Below, one piece after another: positions 23,086 to 33,900 of a stretch of 64,000 nucleotides of DNA. The DNA lies in the NCBI RefSeq assembly GCF_023055435.1, contig NW_025964372.1:992001-1056000 (forward strand), written 5' to 3'. Numbering within the stretch: the first letter of the stretch is position 1; every line of letters begins with the position of its first letter. The notes under the pieces are model-generated. The model was not told the DNA's origin and did not search any database. It saw nothing but the letters and a program-made list of their open reading frames with translations. This stretch comes from Haliotis rufescens. Lineage: Eukaryota. Both the position numbers and the translations under genes were made by a program.

Positions 23086-24726
23086 ATGGCACACACTGAC
23101 CGCCAAGGGTTTACAGATGAAACAATAGTGGACAGAATCCAGTATTGGGGACAGACTGATTCCCATGAACCTGCTTTCATCTTCAGGAGTTCAAATGGCA
23201 GGTTCACCCTCTCAAGGGGGGACGTGTTGGACTTGTCCAGTAGGTTTGCGTCCAGACTGACCAAGGGAGGGTTGAAGCCTGGTGAGGTCGTCTGTATTGC
23301 TCTCCCGAACAGTCCTGAGAGAATAGTTGTGGAGTTCGGAGTCCATCTGGCAGGAGGGGTGTCTATGAATGGGCAGGTTCTACGAGAAGATGGGTGTGAT
23401 CTAGCAGAAAGCATCAACAGTGTAGGGTGTAAGATCTTAATTTCCGATCTTGAAAGATCGGACAGCGCTTGGGGCCTCTTACAGAAACATTTTACTATTC
23501 TGGAATCAGGAAAGGACCTCTTAAAGGTTACGTCGGATTTTGTCAAAGATTTGGAAATTGTTCAGCTTTGCCGAATTCAAAGGCACAGCGAAGGCTTCTT
23601 GGCAGGTTTGAGATCAGAACAGTTATTCGTCTATGATCGCACAAAGTCAACGGACCTTGCGACAATATTTACAACATCTGGTAGCTCGGGCTACACGAAA
23701 CTGGTGAAACAATCACATAGAAATATCCTGAACAGTGGGTACATGTTCAGTAGATGTACTGAACTCAGTGCACCCGACAAGATATATCACTCGTCGCCTC
23801 TAGGGTGGGCTGGCGGGTACCCAGCACACTTCCTGTACACTGGCTGCACTCGCGTTTTGGTTGACGCTGGAGCTGGACCAATAACGGATTTCGCTTCTCT
23901 GATGTGGAATGCCGTTAATGAAGAGGACGTCAGTGTATTTAACGCTGTGCCAATTCATGTTGAACTGCTGTACCAACAAGCTAAGAAGAAGGGGTTTAAT
24001 AGACCACCATTCAAGAAAATCATCACTGGAGGCCAGCCGATCAAACGAGCGAACCTTTGTGCAGTTGGGTTCCTTGCAGACTCACTTCAGATAGTCTACG
24101 GTGCCACAGAGTTAGGGTATATTGCATCCCTGAATGTGGACATCGACAGTGTTGCTGTCTTCAGAGACTTCACCGTTGGGTACCCTCTCCCAGGTGTACA
24201 GCTGAAAGTAGACTGCGAGTCCACGACAGCTCTGCACAACGAGAGTCGTGGAGAAGTCCTGGTCAAGTCTCCAACTCTCTGTATGGGTTACGCCGGTGAT
24301 GAACCCATTCCTGTTACCGACGGCTGGTTCCACACAGGTGATATTGGATATATGAACAAAGATGGCAGTGTGGCAGTGGAAGGAAGAAGTTCCGACGCCA
24401 TCATGCACGGCTCCTATGTCCTCTACCCGACGTGGCTGGAGAAGGTGCTGATGGCGTGTCCCGGGGTGCAGCAGGTGGCCATTGTTCCAGTTCCCGACCA
24501 GGTCATGCATCATGAGATCTGTGCGTGCGTGCAGCCTCAAGCCGGCGCTGAAACAACGACGGAAGACGTCATCATGTTCTGTAGGAAGGAGCTTGCACTT
24601 GCTCAGACTTCAACTCTCAATGTTGTCCCCAAATATGTAGTCTTCTTCGAAGCATTCCCACTTACCAGTACGGGTAAACTAGATCGGAAGAAACTTTCAG
24701 CTGAGGCGACATCGAAGCTGAGTTAG
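23086..24726 (+). CDS. AMP-binding enzyme / acyl-CoA synthetase-like paralog, 546 aa, intronless CDS
   Basis: True ATG at 23086 (MAHTDRQGF...) follows acceptor TTGTTTCAG; the track's 22996 start lies inside a SINE. Motifs IFTTSGSSGYTK, YGATE, DGWFHTGDIG, EGRSSDAI, PLTSTGKLDR; collinear with the 13713-15365 protein. Confidence 0.93.
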   Translation: MAHTDRQGFTDETIVDRIQYWGQTDSHEPAFIFRSSNGRFTLSRGDVLDLSSRFASRLTKGGLKPGEVVCIALPNSPERIVVEFGVHLAGGVSMNGQVLREDGCDLAESINSVGCKILISDLERSDSAWGLLQKHFTILESGKDLLKVTSDFVKDLEIVQLCRIQRHSEGFLAGLRSEQLFVYDRTKSTDLATIFTTSGSSGYTKLVKQSHRNILNSGYMFSRCTELSAPDKIYHSSPLGWAGGYPAHFLYTGCTRVLVDAGAGPITDFASLMWNAVNEEDVSVFNAVPIHVELLYQQAKKKGFNRPPFKKIITGGQPIKRANLCAVGFLADSLQIVYGATELGYIASLNVDIDSVAVFRDFTVGYPLPGVQLKVDCESTTALHNESRGEVLVKSPTLCMGYAGDEPIPVTDGWFHTGDIGYMNKDGSVAVEGRSSDAIMHGSYVLYPTWLEKVLMACPGVQQVAIVPVPDQVMHHEICACVQPQAGAETTTEDVIMFCRKELALAQTSTLNVVPKYVVFFEAFPLTSTGKLDRKKLSAEATSKLS

Positions 24727-24773
24727 AACACGTGTGTTTGATGCTTAACGGCGGTCTCTTCTATATTCCGGCT

Positions 24774-25007
24774 GGGGGCACGGGTGGCCCAGTCGTCTAA
24801 GGCGCCGCGATTCGCTGTGCAGAGTTGCGTCCCTTGGGCACGCCAGAAACCTATGATTGTGGGTTCGAATCCTGGTTCGCCCCGATTATGTTTCTAAGTT
24901 TGTCAGCACCATACTCGTGCTCGTGGGTTTCACCGAAGAGGTAAACGTCCTAGACCTGCATCACTTCGGGCTTTCCTCCCACATTAAGCTGACACGCCGT
25001 GATATAA
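24774..25007 (+). mobile_element. SINE family A running into assembly gap, 48 bp after the acyl-CoA synthetase stop codon
   Basis: GGGGGCACGGGTGGCCCAGTCGTCTAAGG...CACGCCGTGATATAA followed by Ns. Confidence 0.9.
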
Positions 25008-25170
25008 NNNNNNNNNNNNNNNNNNNNNNNNNNNNNNNNNNNNNNNNNNNNNNNNNNNNNNNNNNNNNNNNNNNNNNNNNNNNNNNNNNNNNNNNNNNNN
25101 NNNNNNNNNNNNNNNNNNNNNNNNNNNNNNNNNNNNNNNNNNNNNNNNNNNNNNNNNNNNNNNNNNNNNN
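25008..25170. other. Assembly gap (N run)
   Basis: Run of n characters. Confidence 1.
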
Positions 25171-25234
25171 ATCTATTCTCATCAGGATATTCAAAGGAAC
25201 TTAACATATTGTTTACATAATTACACCTGTACTA

Positions 25235-25508
25235 GGGAACACGGGTGGCCCAGTCGTTTAAGGCGCCGCGTTTGGTTGTGTAGAGTTGCGTCCCTTGGGC
25301 ACGCCAGAAACCTATGATTGTGGGTTCGAATCCCGGTTCGCCGAGATTTGAGCACCATACCCGTGCTCGTGGGTTTCACCGAAGTGGTAAACGTCTGACA
25401 CCTGCATCACTTCGGGCTTTCCTCCCACATTAAGCTGACGCGCCGGCATATAACTGGAATACTGTTAAAAGCGGCGTTAAACCCAACTCACTCACTCACT
25501 CACTCACT
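25235..25508 (+). mobile_element. SINE family A with small internal deletion
   Basis: Family A head and (CTCA)n tail; lacks the ATGTTTCTAGGTTTGT segment. Confidence 0.88.
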
Positions 25509-25635
25509 ATACCGGTATAAAGGGCAGCTCGTGAGAAAAAAACAAATTTGGAGCAATCCACCCAAGCAGCGTATTACAGGGGCAATTTGGACTTGTTCAG
25601 ACTGAGCGCTCTGAGGGGCTTCGGGGCTTCGGGGT

Positions 25636-25850
25636 CCGCCTCCGTGGCCTCGTGCTAGAGCGTCCCCGACCGCGTCATACCAGACATACAGATGGTACTT
25701 GTTGTTACCCTGTCTGGCGCTCGGCATTGAGGGGCTAAAAAAGGACTCGTCGCCTAGTGTTTGAGTGGGGTATTCATGTTAAACCCTGACATGATATCTC
25801 AGTGGGCTAGCACTATAAACTCGGCATTATACAAGCAGCCATACACACGC
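25636..25850 (+). mobile_element. SINE family D (tRNA head + V-domain-like body)
   Basis: CGCGTCATACCAGAC..GATGGTACTTGTTGTTACCCTGTCTGGCGCTCGGCA; a more complete copy lies at 56595-56793 and a head fragment at 9462. Confidence 0.7.
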
Positions 25851-26092
25851 ACACACACGCACGCACGCACGCACGTACGTCGCAATATAAGTGCAATAAT
25901 CTTGGACGCACGCACGCACACACGCACGTCGAAATATAAGTGCAATAATCTTGGACGCGACGTAAACTCCATTTCACCTCTCCTCTCTGACCTGGAATTA
26001 TATCTCGAAAATCTGTTCTTTCGAAAACCTTATAGACAAAACCTGACTTTACCTTTCCAATCCGCCCTATTGCACCTTGTAGCCCTACGGTG

Positions 26093-26266
26093 AACGCCGC
26101 TTTTAACAGCATTCCAGTTAAATCAAGGCGTGTCAGCTTAATGTGGGAGGAAAGCCCGAAGTGATGCAAGGCTCAGACGTTTACCACTTCGGTGAAACCC
26201 ACGTGCGCGGGTATGGTGCTGATAAACCTTGAAACACAATCGGGGCGAACCGGGATTCGAACCCAC
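26093..26266 (-). mobile_element. SINE family A, 5'-truncated
   Basis: Reverse complement of the family A 3' half, from the B-box to the tail. Confidence 0.85.
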
Positions 26267-27482
26267 GAAAATTAATGTTTCTGTCACATGACATTTAATA
26301 CTTACACATCAGGGGGGTGATGTTAAATACTCTTCGAAACGACATTAAACGTAACTAACTCACTCACTCTCAGTTAAGTTAGTCGGAGAGACAGGAGCGC
26401 ATCTAGGCTAATTTTAAGTGTAAGCAAAACCAATTTTACAACAGTGCAGAGTGTCGAAGCCCTCCCAGGGATTAAAAAATAGATGCTTTTAAAAAAAAGA
26501 TCGGATAATTGTGAGAGCGCGGTTTGCTTACGTCACAAAGTACGTATAAGTGTGAAACACTTACTTAAAAGGGCTCTTTGCTAGCATGTGTGAAATACTA
26601 GACTAAGTCTATGAAACCTTATATTACACAACATCCTTCTTGACACTAAAAATATTTAAAAAAACATTTTTCCCTATGCTGATAGAGCTAGCTAGAGCTG
26701 GCTGCTTTTGTATGCGTTTCTAGATTGTGCTTATTTTTCATAAAATAAATATATTCCACAGTCAGGGTGCAGGACTAGTGAAATAGATCTACAAGAAAGT
26801 ATAGTCATTTGAAATTTTTATATAACTATACCTACTATAGTATTTCTTCAAATTATTTCCAGAAGGTTTCGAGATGAACTTAAAATACAACAAATGTTTT
26901 TTTGGTATTTTTTTCAATTCAACTTTGAAATGAACACTGAACGCACATTTGACCATGAAAAAGGAAACAATTGTCCTATAATCCACCCCTGAATTTCAAT
27001 TTCTTGCTCATTTTAGGATATTGCAGTTCAGAATATCATATTAAACAGACAAAAGTTACTAGTAGTCTACTAACAGGTTATTAGATTGTCATAAATACGC
27101 ATGGGGATGTCATGATCATCTAAAACAGCCTTTCTTTCTTCCTTGACCATGTTGACGGTATATATATATATTAAAAACGTGCATCGTGTCAACAAAGGGA
27201 CACCACTCTCACAACGTGATAAACCATCTACCACTAAAATCCTAAAGTGCGTAAGATTCCAGTTTTCAAGTCAATAAATATCAAGTTCGACCGTGGAGAG
27301 TTTAAATTAGATCTAATAATTTACTGCATAGATACTGCAAACAAAAGCTCACAAATTGTGAAGATGCTAATATCGACTATATTGTACATCACGAAAGCGA
27401 AGGTGTTTAAACTTGTTCAATCTCATTAAAATCAGATTTTAGTTTTCGCTACCGCTAAACAAAGATCTGAGGACAGATAGCG

Positions 27483-27838
27483 CACAGGCCCCTGAAGCAG
27501 GATAGTGATATAACTGAAACACTGGACCCATATATATAAATAGACAAGGTACGTCACTCGCCATCTTGGCCGAAGTTGAAATCGGCTGTATCGTTTAAAT
27601 TAAATGGAAATGTGTGCATGTCATGTTCACAATACCTCCACACCTCCTTCCAAATACGACCTGCATGCCACAAACCTTTATTTTTGGCAATTTATTACCT
27701 ATATCGGGCGATTTTATCGACATATTGGCTCAGTCGCGGCTGTGGGTCACGGAAGTATACAAAAATCTCCGCGCTCTATTTATATATATATATGGGTCCA
27801 GTGTTTCATTTTTCACTATCCTGCTTCAGGGGCCTGTG
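27483..27838. mobile_element. MITE with ~60-bp TIRs
   Basis: CACAGGCCCCTGAAGCAGGATAGTGA..TGAAACACTGGACCCATATATATAAATAGA is mirrored at 27775-27838. Confidence 0.85.
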
Positions 27839-28717
27839 GGTGCGTCGGGATTCTCGACTGCAGTATGTCGTAAATATATTCTGTATTTATCAATGTTAAG
27901 AAAGCATGCAAAGCTTAGCATTAAACGTGATGGGGGGTCAAATCATACAGATCTAATAAAAATAAACAAGTACTTTAATAATGAAATGTGGTAACAGATA
28001 TTGTATAGGTTTACGGCAGCAAACTTCCGGTTCAAGCAGACGACATAAACAAGACTCCGTTTCAGACGGGTTGATTAAGCAGGTAGACAATGAACACATG
28101 CCTCTTTGGAGTAACTTGATCTCAAACTATTTCAGTTAAAGTATAGCTATTAACTATGCCCCATGGTCTGGTGTTCATGCACAATAAGTAGGTCACGGGC
28201 GTGTTCCTATTTCCACCCCTCCAAATTCCACGAATACCGTCTCGTTTATTCACCTTGGATTTTTAAAGTATACAATAAATACAACAAACTTATGTAGGCT
28301 AGTGATATAAAATATGGACAAGATTTATCGTTATTCTTTTTTAAATACTGTATTTGCATATTTTCGAATGTGATTATATGTGTCTTTATTTTGATTACGT
28401 ATGGATTGAATGGACGGTTGAACATAGATCATGTTGATTGGGATAAAAAAGATCTACCTATCATGAGTTAATATATAAATATGTTTTTCTCCACAACCAA
28501 TTATTGACACTTACAATCAATCATGGATCTTTTAAGGTAACCAGTCAATCATTGATTGAAGTAGATCATCAGAATATCACTCTGAATTGATCTCATGATC
28601 ATAAAAATAACTACTATGAACATTTTGGGAATGGAACCCGGGCCTTCAGTGTAACAAGCGAATGCTTTAACCACAAGGCTACCCCACTGCCTCGACAGTG
28701 TAGATACATGACCTGTA

Positions 28718-29039
28718 CCGTATTCGACGTAATAAGCGCCCCACTCTAATAAGCGCCCAGGTCGAGATTTGCTGATATATTGGCTAGTGAACAATCCCAG
28801 TTAACACCCCTTCCGACCCCTTTTCGCATATAATACCCACTCGTGCGTTATAGGCACTCTAACTTATGGGCAATTAAATCCTGGAAAAATAGATCTGTCG
28901 TACATAAACATTTCAGGCTATCAGCATAAACCACGAAATTTATCTTTCAACTTTATTTTATTCACCAAAATGATATTCTATAAGAGTCCCCTATTTCTAA
29001 TTTTGAGAGCGCCCTGGGCGCTTATTACGTCGAATACGG
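28718..29039. mobile_element. pogo/Tigger-like MITE
   Basis: Perfect 24-bp TIR CCGTATTCGACGTAATAAGCGCCC, TA TSD on both sides. Confidence 0.9.
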
Positions 29040-29377
29040 TATTTACATCTGTATTTAGGGTTTGTTTTCATCCTTGAGGTGATTGTTGTGGCCAGAGACC
29101 TACATTGCCAATTGTTTTCAAGATATTTCTGCTTTCATGTTGTGTGTAAGTTACTTCTTTCAGATTTGCACGTTTTTTCAGAATCCAAGTCAGCAAAGCA
29201 GCAGGACATGAAATGTTTACTAGCCAGAATAGTGATAACATATATGAGAAAGACAACTTAAAGAATGAAGCTCTACTAACCATCAGGATTCCTTAAACGT
29301 CAGACAAAATGACATGGGCTGACACACAGGCATCATGGGCATTAAATATGACCATGAGTTTTATTTTAATTCTTTAC

Positions 29378-29532
29378 AGGATTAGAAACTAACAGTTTTT
29401 GTCCACTAGTCCTTATGATGATAACATATAGCAAAACCATTAAAATGGGCCAATTTCTACTAGTCCTTATGATACCTTTACAATTGGGCAGTTTGGTAAG
29501 GATTACAGGACTAGTGCCAATTTCTAATGCTG
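29378..29532. mobile_element. ~155-bp hAT-like MITE
   Basis: TIR CAG(G/C)NTTAGAAA; inverted copy at 40709-40864. Confidence 0.75.
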
Positions 29533-30956
29533 CTTTATGTATATTCAATAAATAACTACCAGCTTCTGACAGTTATTTTAGTTTTAAACATTAACCATTA
29601 TTACCAAACTTCTGTTCATAGTTAATGCCCATGATAAAGGTATCAAACACATAAGACCCATTCACCTGTAAAAATTGAAAGGGTTTTGTCATTTGTATTA
29701 ATATAAATTTTGCCATTTATAAAAAAGGATTAATTTGCTAATATTGAAAAGAAAATTTTAAGAAAATTGTCCTTAGTATACTTCTCAGAAGCCACATGTC
29801 AAAATGAGGAGACACAGTGTGTAAGATCTAATGGATAATGAAAAGTTATTTTCATTTGGTTATCTACCTCATCCTAAACATCACCATCCCCTCCCAAGTG
29901 GCCATTGAGAGGTTGCAGAAAAATCAAATTTTACATCTCAGTAACTACAGTACAAATGTTGTAGTATTTTTTACAATAAAAGAATGTTACAAAGATACCG
30001 TACTGTCCTCCATAAAACTGACCACATCACACAGACAATTATTATGGGAAACATGAAACTATAGTACAAAGCCACATTTTTGACATGGTAGTTGAAGATT
30101 TCACTACATATGACTTTCAGCTCAGTGAGCTCACGATGCACCTAGTATATCATTTGCATCAGAATTAGACATGGGCGCCAATTGTTTCACACTTCAATTC
30201 AAACACATTGTGTAAGCTTTGTTTGAGTTGGTGATGTTTTTGTTGCTGATAATTGCTTTTTTCCAAACAATAGTATCATCTCTATTTTGTCAAGGAATGT
30301 ATGTTAAAGATTTGGTCTGAAAGTTTAAGAAACTTATTCCATAAATGAAAATACTTGATTGGTTGCATGTGTTTTTGTATCTTATTACTTACAAATTTCA
30401 GTTTTGGGAAGGGAAAAACATGTTTTATAAAATTATTTATGACAGATGGCATTTTTCTGAAAAATCAATTTTGATTAATGATTATGTCTTGCACTAGCAA
30501 ATTTATGTTAATTTTGACCCCTGCATAGAATGTGACAATTACTACAAATAGCAGTTATTCATCCAGGAAGGATAAGACAAATCACACTAGAAACTGATTT
30601 ATTTAGGGCCATATTGGGTTGTTTACCCTTCTATTTAACAGTATTAACACACAGAGCAGTGTAACAAATGCAATATTGTCTGCACATTTATAAAATACTC
30701 ATTGTTTGTGTTTATGAATTAGAGCATGTGCTTGTCTCTTTAATGCCTAGTATAAGTTTGAGTAAGAAATACAATTAATAAGCATAAATTTATTAATTAG
30801 AATTGTGCACTACTTTGCTAACCACAAAGGCTCCGTTTACAGCGTTTAGGCAAATGTTCGCTAAGAGTTATGATTAGTCTTTCATGATACCAAAATGTCA
30901 CTTGTCTAGACAAAGAAGTAAATGGTTCCTATTTTCTTTTTGTAGAATTAGTCGTC

Positions 30957-33900
30957 ATGAACAACAAGGCAAAAGGAAGAGGGAAGAAAAGGAAAGCTCC
31001 ATCGAAAGGTAAGTACCACAAATTTCTTTTTCACTGTAACTGAGTTAGGAACTTTCAAGTCATTATTTGATGAACAGTTTGCCTAATTCTGCCAACAGAT
31101 TTCTTCTAGCAGGGAGTTTTCTCCGGCCCCTAATCAGTGCCACTGATGCATAAGGTCCAAGTCTTTTTGACATGAGGTTATCAAGTTAGGAATATGAGGT
31201 ATCCATGTTAGGTGTTGGTCAAATGTGACTCCCTGCAGGCAACTGGGATATGTAGTGATTGCAGTTTGTAATTCTTGTATATTTATTATTTGGTTGAATG
31301 GTAAGTGTGTGAAGTCATAATTTTTATGGTATTTTGTAATTTAAGGGTGTGGTTTGTGGAGCTGCTTGTTGTTGAAAAGTGCGCAGCAATTATATTTGCA
31401 TTTTTGTTTGTGGTAAGGTATTTGATGTTTGTTAAATAAAGGTTTTGCTTTTATTGGAGTTACGTTTTATGGCTTTTTTCTGTTTTCTAGCATGTATTAC
31501 TTCGTTGCTCCACCGGGGGACTGGGTTACGTGAGTGGTTGGTTTTAGAGATGGGTATACATTTAGTGGCAGTTTTATTGGATTTTTGTTGATTTTATTTG
31601 TAAAGTTTGTACATGAAGTTTCTAATACTTTCTATGTTTGTGTTTTTTATTTGTGTTCTGTCTATTTGATTGCAGAGTTCTATAAACAGCTGCCAGTTTT
31701 CATTATTGAAGTTGAAATGTATTAGCTGGGCATTTTGATCTAAAGATGGGTCTTGTAGTGGTTTGGAGATGGTAAGCGATATTTTTATGGGTCAGTGGGC
31801 ATTGCCCCAGGTGTCATTGTGAACTTCACAGCTTTTTTTTATTTCAAAGGTTCGCTGTAGTTACTCACTGCTGTTGGATTTTGAAGATCATCAGTAGGAT
31901 AACTTGGTTCATTATCATTTAAAGTTCTTAAGTTATTGCTGTCAAGCCAGTCTGTGATGAGTTTGCCAAATTTCTTTGTATATGTGTTTGTGCCCCACAG
32001 TGGATGGTCAGCACTGAAGTTTCCTAGCAAAAGTGTGTTTGGATTTATATAGTTGAATCATAGGTTTTCGGACATCATAGGTTTTCAGACGGCCATTTTT
32101 ATCTAGATAGCTTGCGCTATACTAGGGGCCGTTGCATAACACAGACATTGTTCATACTCAGATGATGGCTTGTTTTTTAAGAGAAAGGTGTCTTTTATAA
32201 GTGAATGAGATGTTTTGCAGTTGTTCAGAGAACGTGGTTACAGAAAGAACTACAAGTGTTTCTTTACCCCCTGGATGCCAGAGGGATATATATGTCCCTC
32301 CTCTTCAACCCTCACTTTGAAGTAGAATAAAATTTAAAATACATCATGCAGACAAATACACTTCACAGTTTTGAATTTTGTGGGAAATTCCCTGTTCCGT
32401 GATATCATCAAATGTCATTTAAGGCAAAGCTAAATTACTGAAAATGACCTCTGAAAATTAGGTACATTGTAAATGTTGCCATTTTTTACACATTAATAAA
32501 TCACCTTTCTCAGTGTTATTTACAGCATATTTTTTTAATCTAAATTTCGGATATTTATTCGAAGAAATGAATTTAAAAAATAGCATATTGGTGATCACGG
32601 GTATCTGTGTTTTATCAAATATCCAATGTTCATTCTAAAACGTCGTTGATAACCCTAGAAGTGTTTAAAATGTTTTGGAAAATATGCAGACACAAACGCC
32701 AAAGTGAATTTTCTGCAATATTGGATAGTGTTTACAAAAAATCTCATTTCACGCATATCGGTATTAAAGACGCCAATAACATCACATATATTTCAAACTC
32801 TGATGATGTACATACATCCTTAAATTCCTCATACAGTTTAGATTCAAATGTCAATGGGTCTTTGTCACCAATACCAAGTGTCAAGATGAAATCAAGCAAA
32901 AAAGATTAGGTGTGAAAACAAACGCTGTGCTCGGAAAACTGAGTGTACGAAAAATTAGGGAAATAAAAAAAATACATTGCAATCATTTGTTGAATTCAAC
33001 AGAAATTGTTAAAGTTTTCGTCCAGCGTGACGCGATGACTGAAACAAAATCATGCACAACCCCAGCGGTATTTATCAGAATGTTTTACTATTTCTCTTGC
33101 TTTCAATGAAAAATATAACAACAAATAACAGTACACAGATTGTCAGAATGTTTCTGATTACTTACATGTCACATTTTATGTACATACGATCCCAGAACCA
33201 ACGAAAGTCCCCTTGTAAAGCCCCGCATGCTGTTGTCAGTGAACATGCCATTTTGTAAAAGTTGGTCATCGCTAGTGGTGTGACTGGTGTCATACGTCAA
33301 CGTTGTTGTACATATTTGATAATTTCTTTGAGGTGAAGATCCTTGAATGAAAGCACACATGATCATTGTATCATGCTGTTTACAGTTTCAATTATGATTC
33401 AGATTCAAGATGTATTTTATGCAATTTTTTCACATAATTTAATAATTCCACTATGAAAATTTATCAATGTTCATTTCATATCATACGTAAAAATATAGGC
33501 CACAAAACGTATGAACCTGTGTTAATCTCCTGTTTGTTTGAACATTTGAACAAGAAATTGATACCGTTGAATGCAATATTTTTTTCATTTAGACAAGTGT
33601 TAAAAGATGAAATGAAATCGTGTAATACTCAATATTGTAATTTCATAAAAACAGGTTACTGAAAAGCCATTTCATTTTATTTTGAAACTAAAACTGAATC
33701 TATTACTGTAAATAATCGGACTACTGTAGCAAAATGGATAAAAAAAATTGTTGAACAGTATGAACACATTTTTAGAAGAATTTTTTTCGTCTTTTTATAT
33801 TTTGTGTCGTATGATATACAGAACAGTGAAGCTACAAATGATATACAAATTATTCCTCACATTGTGTATTGTATAATGAGTTCAACCTTTTTAAATATTG

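Noticed and set aside
13713-24726. Bacterial contamination or prokaryotic operon explaining the intronless ligases
   Set aside because: The genes are embedded among host SINEs and preceded by spliceosomal acceptors; an ancient horizontal origin remains untested.
24774-25508. SINE A copies either side of the gap being an assembly-duplicated single copy
   Set aside because: They have different 5' flanks and the second has its own internal deletion, so they are probably two insertions, though the gap prevents certainty.
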